Positions 38,808 through 48,560 of a stretch of 64,000 bases of DNA are shown piece after piece. The translations under genes and the position numbers were made by a program. Source of the DNA: a virus; IMG/VR virus record IMGVR_UViG_3300027804_003127, one strand, 5' to 3'. Under the pieces are notes generated by a model. That model did no database searches, was not told where the DNA came from, and saw only the letters and a program-made list of their open reading frames with translations. Each line of letters begins with the position of its first letter. The stretch's first letter is position 1.

Positions 38808-39095
38808 ATGTTTAATTTTCCAGATCCAAATTCTCAAAATACTTTTTCATTAGGTGAAAAAACATGGAAATGGAATGGTTCATATTGGGAGATCGTAAAA
38901 CAAATCGTTGTTAGCGATGGTATAAAATATTATCAACAAGACGATGCTCCTTCTGGAGTGAACTTAGGAGATAGATGGCTTAATACTCAAAATCTTACAG
39001 AATATGTATATGTCCAACTTCAGTCAGATCCTGATGAGTTTGGATGGATGGATTTAACTGGCGATTATCCAGGAGAGGCTTTTTTAGGAGGATAA
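38808..39095 (+). CDS. Small virion fibre-associated protein (FPxxP..WxWNG module + GDxW module)
   Basis: FNFPDP...KTWKWNGSYW; GDRWLNT..L.EYVY. Confidence 0.7.
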   Translation: MFNFPDPNSQNTFSLGEKTWKWNGSYWEIVKQIVVSDGIKYYQQDDAPSGVNLGDRWLNTQNLTEYVYVQLQSDPDEFGWMDLTGDYPGEAFLGG

Positions 39096-41309
39096 ATGGC
39101 AACCGCATTAAAATCTACAGGTTTTCCGCGCAGTCCTTCCAATGGGGATGAGTACAGCGTTAATGGTAAAAAATGGAGATACAATGTAAATATTCCAGGC
39201 TGGGAAGCCCTACAAATAACAGATGTAAAGTCTATAAAAAAAGACACAACTAATAACCAAGTTTTATTTGGAAATGAAAACTCATTAGGCAGCACTTCTT
39301 TCACTATTGGTGACAACATAGAACTTAATGCTATAACTAAGACCATATCTGTAGTTGATGGAATTAGCAGTGGATTAGATGCTGATTTAGTTCAAGGCAT
39401 AAATGGATCTTATTTAAATAACAATCTGAGATCAGGTGTTTTGTATGGCGGAGTATTGTCTGTTAATGTTTCAGATCCTTCTAAATTTGACATCAGTGCA
39501 GGTTCTGGTGTAATAATCAGTCAGACTGGTGGTGGAGCTTCTGGTATATCAGATCCTGTTACTGGGTCTTTGGTTGTTTCTTGGTCGTCTCAATCATCAA
39601 TAAGTTTATCTAATATATCTTCTGCGGATACAACATGGATCTATGTTAATTCAAATGGAGTAATAGGTCAGCAGACTGGAGTTTTTAGCTCAGAAAACTA
39701 CAAAGAATATATTGTTATAGGCGCTGTTGTTCATCCTAATAGGTCTACAATATCTTTTACTTCTAATTTATCAAATGTTGTTTTTGGGTCATTACATCAG
39801 TATGATGAATTTATAAGAAGCTTAGGTCCTGCTAAAATATCTGGACATAGAATTTCTGCTAATGGCTCAAATATGAAGTTGAATCGCAGCTCAGGTTATT
39901 CGTATTTAATAGGATCTAATTATGTTTTAGATTCTGGTCATCCAAATATAAAATTTGATTCTGGCTATTCAGATCCATCTATACATAGATATTATTCTGA
40001 TGGTTCTTCTGGATTCAATATAAATATATCTTCATCAGTTGATGGTTCTAAATATGACAATGGATCAGGTACTTTGCAAAATGTATCTTCTTATGAATGG
40101 TCAATACAAAGAATGTTTTATTATCCAGGTCAAACTGGAATATTGATAATATATTACGGTAATTCAGTATATGCTTCATTGTCAGATGCCATTTCTTCAC
40201 TGGTAGAAGAAAACTTTAATGAATCCACAAATACAAAATCAAATGCGATATTTTGTGGATGGATAATAGTAAAAGGTTCTGCAACTCAATTAAACAATTC
40301 TTCTGATGCAAAAATAATACAAGCAAGTATATTTAGAGAAGTAGTTTCTGGAGTCGGTTCAGGCGGTAGCTCAATATCGTTTATATCTGAATTGTCGGAT
40401 GTGGAAACTTCGTCGCCATCAGTTGGTCAACTTTTAGTTTGGGACGGTTCAAACTGGACAAATCAAACACTTACAGGAAAGATATCCTACGTATCATCAC
40501 CTTCGGCTCCTAATGTTGCTTTGTATAATGCTGGTGACAGATGGTACAATACATCAACAGGCATAGAATATACGCTTATAAATGATGGAGATGATCTATA
40601 TTGGGTAAATATATACATAAGTCCAAATGAAGATTATATAATGAGTGAATTGACGACTTTTATGAAATACGTCAGTTCGCCTACAGCTCCAAGCGTTAGT
40701 CTATATAAAACTGGTGACAAATGGCTTAATACTTCTACAGGAACAGAATTTACTCTTATTGATGATGGTTCTGGTACTCAATGGGTTAATCTAAATACTA
40801 ATTTTATATCTCACATACATCCTATTTCTGAGATAACAGGTTTACAGGGCGAATTGGATTCTAAAATAGAGTTTTCTTATGACCCATATTCTCCTGTTTC
40901 TCCAAATTTAGGTGACAGATGGATAGACTCAGATACTGGAGAAGAATATGTATATGTTTATGATGGAATATCGTATCATTGGATTCAGCCATCTTCAAGT
41001 ACTTTTTATGGTGCAATAACTTTTAACACAACAATTGTAAATTCATCTTCTTATTATTCTACTAGTACTGATTATTACATTGGAGTTAATTATTCTGGAC
41101 TTGTTACAATTATTCTTCCTCAAAATCCATCTAATGGAAGAATAATAATAGTAAAAGACGAAAGTGGTGAAGCAGGTTTTTCAAGTAGAATGATTACAAT
41201 ACAACCTTATGATGTTTTAGATACTATTGACAACGATTCATCAGCAATAATAAATATCAATAATGGCGGTATTCAGTTCATATACAGAAATGGTTGGAGA
41301 ATAGTATGA
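39096..41309 (+). CDS. Tail fibre/branching scaffold protein
   Basis: N-terminal FPRSP..GKKWRYN; SGLDADL; LSDV....P..GQLLVWDG..W; three GD[RK]W modules; HIHPISEITGLQ; C-terminal DYYIGVN..KDESG domain. Confidence 0.8.
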   Translation: MATALKSTGFPRSPSNGDEYSVNGKKWRYNVNIPGWEALQITDVKSIKKDTTNNQVLFGNENSLGSTSFTIGDNIELNAITKTISVVDGISSGLDADLVQGINGSYLNNNLRSGVLYGGVLSVNVSDPSKFDISAGSGVIISQTGGGASGISDPVTGSLVVSWSSQSSISLSNISSADTTWIYVNSNGVIGQQTGVFSSENYKEYIVIGAVVHPNRSTISFTSNLSNVVFGSLHQYDEFIRSLGPAKISGHRISANGSNMKLNRSSGYSYLIGSNYVLDSGHPNIKFDSGYSDPSIHRYYSDGSSGFNINISSSVDGSKYDNGSGTLQNVSSYEWSIQRMFYYPGQTGILIIYYGNSVYASLSDAISSLVEENFNESTNTKSNAIFCGWIIVKGSATQLNNSSDAKIIQASIFREVVSGVGSGGSSISFISELSDVETSSPSVGQLLVWDGSNWTNQTLTGKISYVSSPSAPNVALYNAGDRWYNTSTGIEYTLINDGDDLYWVNIYISPNEDYIMSELTTFMKYVSSPTAPSVSLYKTGDKWLNTSTGTEFTLIDDGSGTQWVNLNTNFISHIHPISEITGLQGELDSKIEFSYDPYSPVSPNLGDRWIDSDTGEEYVYVYDGISYHWIQPSSSTFYGAITFNTTIVNSSSYYSTSTDYYIGVNYSGLVTIILPQNPSNGRIIIVKDESGEAGFSSRMITIQPYDVLDTIDNDSSAIININNGGIQFIYRNGWRIV

Positions 41310-42526
41310 GTTATTTGTTTAATGATCAAGTCGCTTTTAGAGGTGATGCCATAGATGCATTCGGTAGGCTTAAAGTAAGTCAGCCATTTACTCTTTTTGA
41401 TTCTCAACACAGGTATCAAGAAAATGACAAATGGGATACTTCAACATCCTCAGGGGGTTCAACTTCATACGCAACAAATGAAAGTTGCATAAACGTATCT
41501 GTTACTACAGCTTCTGGATCTAAGGTAACTAGAGAAACAAAAAGGGTATTTCCATATCAGCCAGGCAAATCATTATTAATTTTTAATACTTTTGTATTTG
41601 CTCCTAAGAAGACAAATTTAAGACAACGTATTGGATATTTTGGCACTCAAAATGGCATATATTTAGAGCAAAGTGATAATACGGTATACCTTGTTTTGCG
41701 CACATATACAGGTGGATCTGTTGATGACACTACGTATAGAGTTGCCCAGTCTTCTTGGAATGGAGATAGGTTTGATGGTACGGGTTCTAGTGGAGTCACA
41801 TTAGATTTTACGAAGGCTAATATTTTTTGGATAGATATTGAATGGCTTGGTGTTGGTGATGTCAGGGTTGGTTTTGCTGTTAATGGAAGACCTGTGGTTG
41901 CACATACGTTTTATAATGCAAATCTAAGAACTACCACATATATGACTACCGCATCTTTGCCACTAAGATTTGAGATAGAAAATACAGGTACAACGGATTC
42001 CGTTTCATCTGCAAAGCATATATGTAGTAGCGTAATGTCAGAAGCTGGCTACGAAGGGTTTAGTAGAAGATTTAATGTTACAAAAAATGGATCAACTGCA
42101 ACTACCTTAACTACAGGTGGGACTCAGTATCCAATGGTTTCTGTTAGACTTAATTCTAGTCGTCTTGATTCTATAATAATACCATCTAATATAAGTTGCG
42201 TTCTTGAAGAAACCACTAGTAATAAGCCTGATACTGTTTTATATAGAATATTACTTAATCCCACATTAACCAATGCAAGCTGGTCAACTCACTACAATGG
42301 AAACGTTGATTATGACATAAGTGCAACAGCTGTTTCTGGTGGTACTGACATAATAGGTGGATATATAAGCAGTAGCGGAAGTCTTTCAGTTTCTAATATA
42401 AATGACTTTAATTTCCAGATTGGTAGAACACAGGCTGGTGTAAGTGATGTTTTTACTCTTACTTTTACACCAGTGAATGCAGGAGCAAAAGTATTTTGTG
42501 ATTTATCCTGGTTTGAAATAGTATAA
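41306..42526 (+). CDS. Conserved beta-rich virion structural protein
   Basis: DAFGRLKVSQPFTLFDS, RETKRVFPYQPGK, EWLGVG.VR.GF; start revised to the ATGA overlap. Confidence 0.75.
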   Translation: MSYLFNDQVAFRGDAIDAFGRLKVSQPFTLFDSQHRYQENDKWDTSTSSGGSTSYATNESCINVSVTTASGSKVTRETKRVFPYQPGKSLLIFNTFVFAPKKTNLRQRIGYFGTQNGIYLEQSDNTVYLVLRTYTGGSVDDTTYRVAQSSWNGDRFDGTGSSGVTLDFTKANIFWIDIEWLGVGDVRVGFAVNGRPVVAHTFYNANLRTTTYMTTASLPLRFEIENTGTTDSVSSAKHICSSVMSEAGYEGFSRRFNVTKNGSTATTLTTGGTQYPMVSVRLNSSRLDSIIIPSNISCVLEETTSNKPDTVLYRILLNPTLTNASWSTHYNGNVDYDISATAVSGGTDIIGGYISSSGSLSVSNINDFNFQIGRTQAGVSDVFTLTFTPVNAGAKVFCDLSWFEIV

Positions 42527-42562
42527 AATAGGAAATATATAAATATATAAATATAATATATT

Positions 42563-43060
42563 ATGCCATTAATTAATTTTCCATCATCTCCTTATACAGG
42601 TCAAACATACACTTTCAATGGTAGAACATGGGAGTGGAATGGGTACGCATGGGATGTAGGTGTTGCAATTTCTGGAGGAGGTGGCGGTGGCGGCGCGGAT
42701 TATCTTTCCGATTTAAATGACGTAGAATTGCTAGACCCGTATGTCGGACAGGCTTTGGTGTATAACGGAGCATACTGGGAAAACGAATATGTTGTTAACA
42801 CAGTAAACGGAATAAATGGTGATGTAGTAGCTCTTTCAGATATGCCTACAGTCATCTCAGGTGTAAATTTTGATGCTAACTTAGGTACAATATCAAATTT
42901 AAATATAATTCAAGGTAATAATGGTTCTTCAAGTGTTTTAACTATCATTGGAGATTTAATTGTAACAGGAAATATTACTGCTACAACTCCAGGCACTACT
43001 ATAGAGGGTGATACGATAGATACTAATCTAGAAGATATAGACGGAGGAACTTACGCTTGA
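42563..43060 (+). CDS. Fibre adaptor-like protein
   Basis: INFPSSP..GQTYTFNGRTWEWNG; LSDLNDV; VNTVNG.NG; C-terminal IDGGTYA. Confidence 0.7.
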   Translation: MPLINFPSSPYTGQTYTFNGRTWEWNGYAWDVGVAISGGGGGGGADYLSDLNDVELLDPYVGQALVYNGAYWENEYVVNTVNGINGDVVALSDMPTVISGVNFDANLGTISNLNIIQGNNGSSSVLTIIGDLIVTGNITATTPGTTIEGDTIDTNLEDIDGGTYA

Positions 43061-43102
43061 TTCAGGTAGAAAGATAAGTTAAAAAAGCAAATAGGAGTAA
43101 AC

Positions 43103-46096
43103 ATGGCAACAAACCCAACAATTCAATTAAAAAGAAAAACAACAAGCGGTACACCTTCTTCTTTGTCTATAGGTGAACCAGCTGTAAACACTGCTGATAA
43201 TCAGCTTTTTATAGGCGTAAATTCTTCTGGAATAAAATGGGTTGGCGCTGAAATAGAGAATAGCTCAACGAACGGTACCACTTGGAGTAGTGATTTAAAG
43301 TTGGCCACTAAGAAAGCCATTGGAGATTATTTTGCTCCACTTTCAGGGGCAATTTTTACTGGAGACATTACTCTTTCAGGTGGATCTGATATAAGATTCA
43401 GAGAAACAGGTGGCGGAACTGACTATGTTGCTTTTCAGGCTCCTTCAGCTGTATCTACTGGAAACGTAACTTTAACTCTTCCTGGTTCTTATGCAGCATC
43501 AGACGGCTATGTATTGTCTTCTACTACTACAGGAACTTTAAGTTGGATAAGCGCTGGTTCTGCTTCTAGTGTTACGATAACTGAGGCTTCTAGCAATGCT
43601 TCTTATAATTTAGTTTTTACTGATGCTACTTCTACAACATCTGCAAGTCTATTTATAGACAGTGATGATTTAATATCTTATAATCCAAGCACAAATCTCT
43701 TGACATTAGGGGGAGATCTTGCAATAAATGGTGCTGACATAACTACTACAGCCACAGGCAATGCAACTTTATTCGATTCCAGTGCAACTGGCGTATATGT
43801 TGGAACTGGTGCTGCTACAGATGTTAGAATAGGAAAAACAGACAATACAGGTACAACAAGAATTTATGGTGATTTAGCGTCAGCAAAAGGAGCAATTACT
43901 ACAAGTGCATCTACTGCTAGTATATTTAATACAGGGGCAACAACTCTCAATATCGGTGGTGCATCTACATCTACGACTATAGGTAGCTCAGTTAGTGGTA
44001 CATTAACTCTTGGTTCTCCTACAGTAGTTGGCCAGTCAACAAGCCAAGCTCTTTACAACACTGGTGCAACGACTATGAACTTTGCTGGAGCAGCTACGGC
44101 TATAACTATGGGAGATGCTACAAGCGCAACAACCACTATAAGAGGTGGAACTCTTGTAGGTAACACTACAACTCAGAACCTATTTAACACAACTGCAACT
44201 ACTCTTAATCTTGGAGGCGCAGCCACCACTGTTTCTATTGGTGCAGCTACGGGTACCACAACAATAAACAATGCAAACACTGTTGTTACAGGAGACCTTG
44301 CGGTCAATGGTGCTGATATTACTACTACAGCTACAGGTACTGCAACACTTTTTAATACCAATGCAACAACGGTTAATATAGGCGGAGCTGCCACAAATAT
44401 GACCATAGGAGCTTCAACTGCCACTATTAACCTTGGTGGCGGCACAACTGGCGCTACCGTTGTGATAAAAGGCAACCTTCAGGTAGATGGAGTAACTACA
44501 ACAATAAATTCAACTACGCTATCCGTAGATGATAAAAATATTGTATTAGGTGCAGATAACACTTTAGATACTGCTGCTGATGGAGGTGGCATAACTCTTA
44601 AGGGTGGATCTGACAAGACATTTAATTGGGTTGATGCTACTGACGCTTGGACCTCTTCTGAGCACATGAATTTATTAACAGGAAAAGCTTATTACATAAA
44701 TGGAACTTCTGTTTTAAATTCAACAACTTTAGGTTCTACTATAACTTCATCTTCTCTAACAACAGTCGGAACTATAGCTTCTGGTACTTGGAATGGAACT
44801 GTAATAGGTCTTTCATATGGAGGAACAGGAAAGGCTTTAACTGCCGCTAATGGTGGAATAGTCTATTCAGATGCAGATAGTTTTGAAATATTAGGTGCTG
44901 GAACTTCAGGTCAGGTACTTACTTCTGGTGGCGCTGGTGCTCCAACTTGGACTACTCAGTCTTCTTTGACAGCAGGAACAATAACAACTACTAGTGATAA
45001 TACAAATGCAGTTAGGTATTTGGTATTTTCAACTTCAGCTGGAGCAGCAAAAACATTATATGTGGATGACACTACAGGGGTATTGAGCTATAATCCTAGT
45101 GTTGGAACTCTTACTTCAACTAATTTTGCTTGTAGCGCCACAACAGGTGTTGTTTCTACAAATATCATAAATTCATTCGGATTAGACGGAAATGTTGTTA
45201 TTACATCTCAGGGTAGCGATACTGGTGCTGTGTTGACCTTAACTGGCTCTGCAGCTCCTGGTGCAGAAAGCATTACTTTAGGTGCAGGTTCTGTGTCTAT
45301 TCAAGGTAATGTAACAATGGGAGGTATTGCATCTTCAATAGAGTTGCCAACTACTTTTACTATTCAGGATTCCGCAACAGTTAGTAACACTTTAAATATA
45401 GCAACTGCTGCAACAGCTTCTGGAAACACTAAAACTCTTAATTTAGGAACAGGTGCTGCATCAGGTTCTACTACCACTATAAATATAGGTTCTGCAAATG
45501 GTGGCACGACAACAATCAATAGCGCAAATACAGTTGTTTCAGGCGATCTTGCAGTAAATGGCGGAGATATAACTACAACGACTACAGGAACAGCGACTTT
45601 ATTTAATACTACTGCTACTACTATCACAATCGGTAGTGCGGCTGGTACTATAAACTTGGGTAATAGTACAACGGGTGCTACTATCCGCGTAAGAGGTATT
45701 CTTCAAGTAGATGGAAACACTTCACTTGCGACAGTGACTGCTGGCACGTGGAATGGCACAGCAATAGGAGCTGCATACGGAGGAACTGGTCAAACTTCTT
45801 ATACTGTAGGCGATCTTGTTTATGCTTCTGGATCAACTGCAATCAGTAAGCTTTCTGCTTCGTCTACTGCAGGAGCAGTTTTGGCAAGTACTGGATCTGC
45901 TTCAGCTCCAGAGTATAAGACGATATCATTTACAAATGGATCTGTAACTTCTGGATCAGGAACTTTAACTTTAGCGGTACAGAATGCAGCGGCAGATAGT
46001 AGCACAAAAGGTATAGCTACATTTGACTCAACGCAATTTGATGATTCATCTGGACTAATAACTTTAGGCACAATAGACGGCGGCACTTACGCATAA
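43103..46096 (+). CDS. Long tail fibre protein
   Basis: MATNPTIQLKR..L.IGEPAVNT (MTD-N-like); T/G/A-rich repeats GDLA[IV]NG.DITTT.TG.ATLF x3; VDDKNI.LG; GTWNGT.IG..YGGTG x2; C-terminal IDGGTYA. Confidence 0.85.
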   Translation: MATNPTIQLKRKTTSGTPSSLSIGEPAVNTADNQLFIGVNSSGIKWVGAEIENSSTNGTTWSSDLKLATKKAIGDYFAPLSGAIFTGDITLSGGSDIRFRETGGGTDYVAFQAPSAVSTGNVTLTLPGSYAASDGYVLSSTTTGTLSWISAGSASSVTITEASSNASYNLVFTDATSTTSASLFIDSDDLISYNPSTNLLTLGGDLAINGADITTTATGNATLFDSSATGVYVGTGAATDVRIGKTDNTGTTRIYGDLASAKGAITTSASTASIFNTGATTLNIGGASTSTTIGSSVSGTLTLGSPTVVGQSTSQALYNTGATTMNFAGAATAITMGDATSATTTIRGGTLVGNTTTQNLFNTTATTLNLGGAATTVSIGAATGTTTINNANTVVTGDLAVNGADITTTATGTATLFNTNATTVNIGGAATNMTIGASTATINLGGGTTGATVVIKGNLQVDGVTTTINSTTLSVDDKNIVLGADNTLDTAADGGGITLKGGSDKTFNWVDATDAWTSSEHMNLLTGKAYYINGTSVLNSTTLGSTITSSSLTTVGTIASGTWNGTVIGLSYGGTGKALTAANGGIVYSDADSFEILGAGTSGQVLTSGGAGAPTWTTQSSLTAGTITTTSDNTNAVRYLVFSTSAGAAKTLYVDDTTGVLSYNPSVGTLTSTNFACSATTGVVSTNIINSFGLDGNVVITSQGSDTGAVLTLTGSAAPGAESITLGAGSVSIQGNVTMGGIASSIELPTTFTIQDSATVSNTLNIATAATASGNTKTLNLGTGAASGSTTTINIGSANGGTTTINSANTVVSGDLAVNGGDITTTTTGTATLFNTTATTITIGSAAGTINLGNSTTGATIRVRGILQVDGNTSLATVTAGTWNGTAIGAAYGGTGQTSYTVGDLVYASGSTAISKLSASSTAGAVLASTGSASAPEYKTISFTNGSVTSGSGTLTLAVQNAAADSSTKGIATFDSTQFDDSSGLITLGTIDGGTYA

Positions 46097-46116
46097 TAAA
46101 ACAATTAAATACAATT

Positions 46117-46157
46117 AAAAATAAAATAGAAATCTCAAAAATTTCTATTTTATTTTT
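46117..46157 (+). terminator. AT-rich 17-bp inverted repeat (possible terminator)
   Basis: AAAAATAAAATAGAAAT-ctcaaaa-ATTTCTATTTTATTTTT after the fibre gene. Confidence 0.5.
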
Positions 46158-46183
46158 TGAGTCGATATAAGTATGGAGGTAAA

Positions 46184-46375
46184 ATGGAAGAAAAACTAGA
46201 ATTTTATGAAAAATTTCTCGTACCAGTTTTAAAGAAAAAAATATATGACGTTCAGTCTATACTGTCTGATTTAGAAGCTCATGTTCTTTTTTTAAAAGAT
46301 AAGGTTTCTGCTTTGCAGTCTGAAAATGAAAGTATAAAATCTAAAATAAATTCACCTGGAGATTCTTATGAATAA
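46184..46375 (+). CDS. Small coiled-coil protein (possible fibre chaperone)
   Basis: Start revised (GGAGG RBS); paralog of the next gene. Confidence 0.6.
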   Translation: MEEKLEFYEKFLVPVLKKKIYDVQSILSDLEAHVLFLKDKVSALQSENESIKSKINSPGDSYE

Positions 46376-46643
46376 TGACAATTCTTCAGAGTCGATTAGA
46401 TTTTATGAAAGAGCTCTTATCCCGCTATTAAAATCTAAAAATGCAGAGATGTCTATAGCGATTAGTGAGCTTGAATCTCATATATTACTTAAAAATAATA
46501 AAATTCAAGAACTGGAAAAAAGAGTAAAACAATTAGAAACAAAAAACAATTTTTATGAATCATCTATAAAATCAGAAAAGGTTAATGAGATAATAATTGA
46601 AGATATAAATACCTCATCTAAAAAAAGATCAAAAAAAGTGTGA
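46368..46643 (+). CDS. Small coiled-coil protein (possible fibre chaperone)
   Basis: FYE..L.P.LK.K........S.LE.H.L shared with the previous gene. Confidence 0.6.
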   Translation: MNNDNSSESIRFYERALIPLLKSKNAEMSIAISELESHILLKNNKIQELEKRVKQLETKNNFYESSIKSEKVNEIIIEDINTSSKKRSKKV

Positions 46644-46652
46644 TATAATTGA

Positions 46653-48560
46653 ATGGCGACTAATCCAACAATAAAACCAAGGAGAGGTACTGCTGCTCCT
46701 GGAACTGGTTCTATAAGCCAAAATGAATTAGCTGTAGATACAACTAATAAGAGGATATATATTGGTGCAGCAGATGGCTCTGGAACCTTAATAGGCTCTG
46801 CTCCTGGTGGATCTGACACTCAGGTTCAATTTAACGACGGCGGTAATCTTGGTGGTGACTCTGGTCTTACATATAACAAGACAACAGATACTTTGATAGC
46901 AGGCAGGGTAGAAACAACAGGATTTGAAGCAAAAACCGTTGGCGGTGATGAAGGTGGAGAAATATTATTAGGAAAGGCTGTAACAAATACTACTCTAACT
47001 GGAACTGGTGTTACCATTGATGTCTACCAGAATAGGCTAAGGTTCTTTGAGCAAGGTGGAACAGCCAGAGGCGCATATATTGATATTAGTGCTGCAGGCG
47101 CAGGGGTTAGTACCAATTTAATAGCAAGCAGTGCCAGTCCTGGTGGTTCAGACACCTATGTGCAGTTCAACGATGGAAGCACTTTTGGTGGCGATGCAGG
47201 TCTTGTTTATAACAAGACGACAGACGCGCTCACGATGCTTGGAGATCTCAACCTTAACGGCGGAGGAATAAAGACAAACCAAGGAACAATATCAATAATT
47301 CCAGCTACGGCAACTACCGTGAATTTTGCAGGTGCTGCCACCTCGCTTAATCTTGGAACTACCTCTGGCACTGCAACGATAAGCAATCCAACACTTGTGG
47401 GTACCCAGTCAACCCAGTCCATTTACAACACAGTTGCCACAACTGTAAATTTTGCAGGTGCTGCAACAAGCATCACCATGGGAGCTACTACAGGTACTTC
47501 AAGTATAAGAAATCCGACTCTGCGTCTTGGTAACACTACTGGCACGATTTCAACAAACAGCGGAACTAGCAATTCCCTTACTATCTCTCCCTATGGAAGT
47601 TTCATAGTATCTCCCACAACCTCTTCCCCTTCGGCGGGCGGATCGTATACAACATTAAATATAACAAATAGTGATGGAGGTCTTGGTCAAGTTCAGATAG
47701 CTGGAGGAGATCTGTACATAGGCTCAAAGACAGATGTATCAGAGGCGGGGCAGTCAGGTAATATAATTTTTGAAGGCGTCGATGATGCCAATGAACTTAC
47801 TCTGACCGTCGCATCTCTTACTGCCGATAGGACAGTGACGCTGCCCGATGGAACAGGAACTCTCGCTCTTCTGGGAACTGGATCTACCACTGACGGAAGG
47901 ATACCTTACTACGACACTACAACAAATACATTTTTGGGAGCTTCTGCGCTATCGTACAACGATGGAACTGCAACCCTTACTTTGGATGCACATATAACAA
48001 TTGGCGGAACTATAGGAACAACCAACAGTACTGTAAGCCTTCTTAATACTACTGCCACTACTATAAATTTCGGTGGTGCAGCTACAACATTCAACATAGG
48101 TGGAGCTTCATCTGCAACCATCAACTTAGGAAAGACAGATGGCACAACCATAGTGGACATGAACTCGTGCGTGCTGCGTGAAGTAGAGATGAGAAGTTAC
48201 TTTGAGACAGAGGGTACAGCAACCTACACAGGGGGCATGACCCAAAACCTGTCTTTCGACCTGAGCACAGGAAATGTATTTGTGTATACAACCACAGGAG
48301 CAATAGCTACATTTACCGTAACCAACATACCTTCAAAGGCTAATACTGCAGTAGGCTTCACTGTTGTGCTTACATGTGGAAATTCTCTATATTCTGTTAC
48401 ATTTGATTCCTTTACTTCTGGTTCTGGTGTACCAGTATGGGCAGGTGGAACGCCTCCGACAGCCTCTAGTACCGTGGGAAGGACAGATATCGTTTCTTTT
48501 GTAACATATGATGCTGGCACCACATGGTACGGCATGGTCGGAGGTTTGAATTTCTTCTAA
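46653..48560 (+). CDS. Tail fibre protein
   Basis: [19 protein letters not shown]; PGGSDT.VQFNDG x2; [15 protein letters not shown]; C-terminal [13 protein letters not shown]...DI.SF.TYD.GTTWYG. Confidence 0.85.
   Translation: MATNPTIKPRRGTAAPGTGSISQNELAVDTTNKRIYIGAADGSGTLIGSAPGGSDTQVQFNDGGNLGGDSGLTYNKTTDTLIAGRVETTGFEAKTVGGDEGGEILLGKAVTNTTLTGTGVTIDVYQNRLRFFEQGGTARGAYIDISAAGAGVSTNLIASSASPGGSDTYVQFNDGSTFGGDAGLVYNKTTDALTMLGDLNLNGGGIKTNQGTISIIPATATTVNFAGAATSLNLGTTSGTATISNPTLVGTQSTQSIYNTVATTVNFAGAATSITMGATTGTSSIRNPTLRLGNTTGTISTNSGTSNSLTISPYGSFIVSPTTSSPSAGGSYTTLNITNSDGGLGQVQIAGGDLYIGSKTDVSEAGQSGNIIFEGVDDANELTLTVASLTADRTVTLPDGTGTLALLGTGSTTDGRIPYYDTTTNTFLGASALSYNDGTATLTLDAHITIGGTIGTTNSTVSLLNTTATTINFGGAATTFNIGGASSATINLGKTDGTTIVDMNSCVLREVEMRSYFETEGTATYTGGMTQNLSFDLSTGNVFVYTTTGAIATFTVTNIPSKANTAVGFTVVLTCGNSLYSVTFDSFTSGSGVPVWAGGTPPTASSTVGRTDIVSFVTYDAGTTWYGMVGGLNFF

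Noticed and set aside
46161-46168. GTCGATAT as a canonical sigma-28 -10 box
   Set aside because: No TAAA at the expected spacing, and only a single instance was noticed.
44173-48535. Antisense V/A/P-rich ORFs over the fibre genes, and similar antisense ORFs elsewhere
   Set aside because: They are shadows of Thr/Gly/Ala-rich or otherwise biased sense codons.
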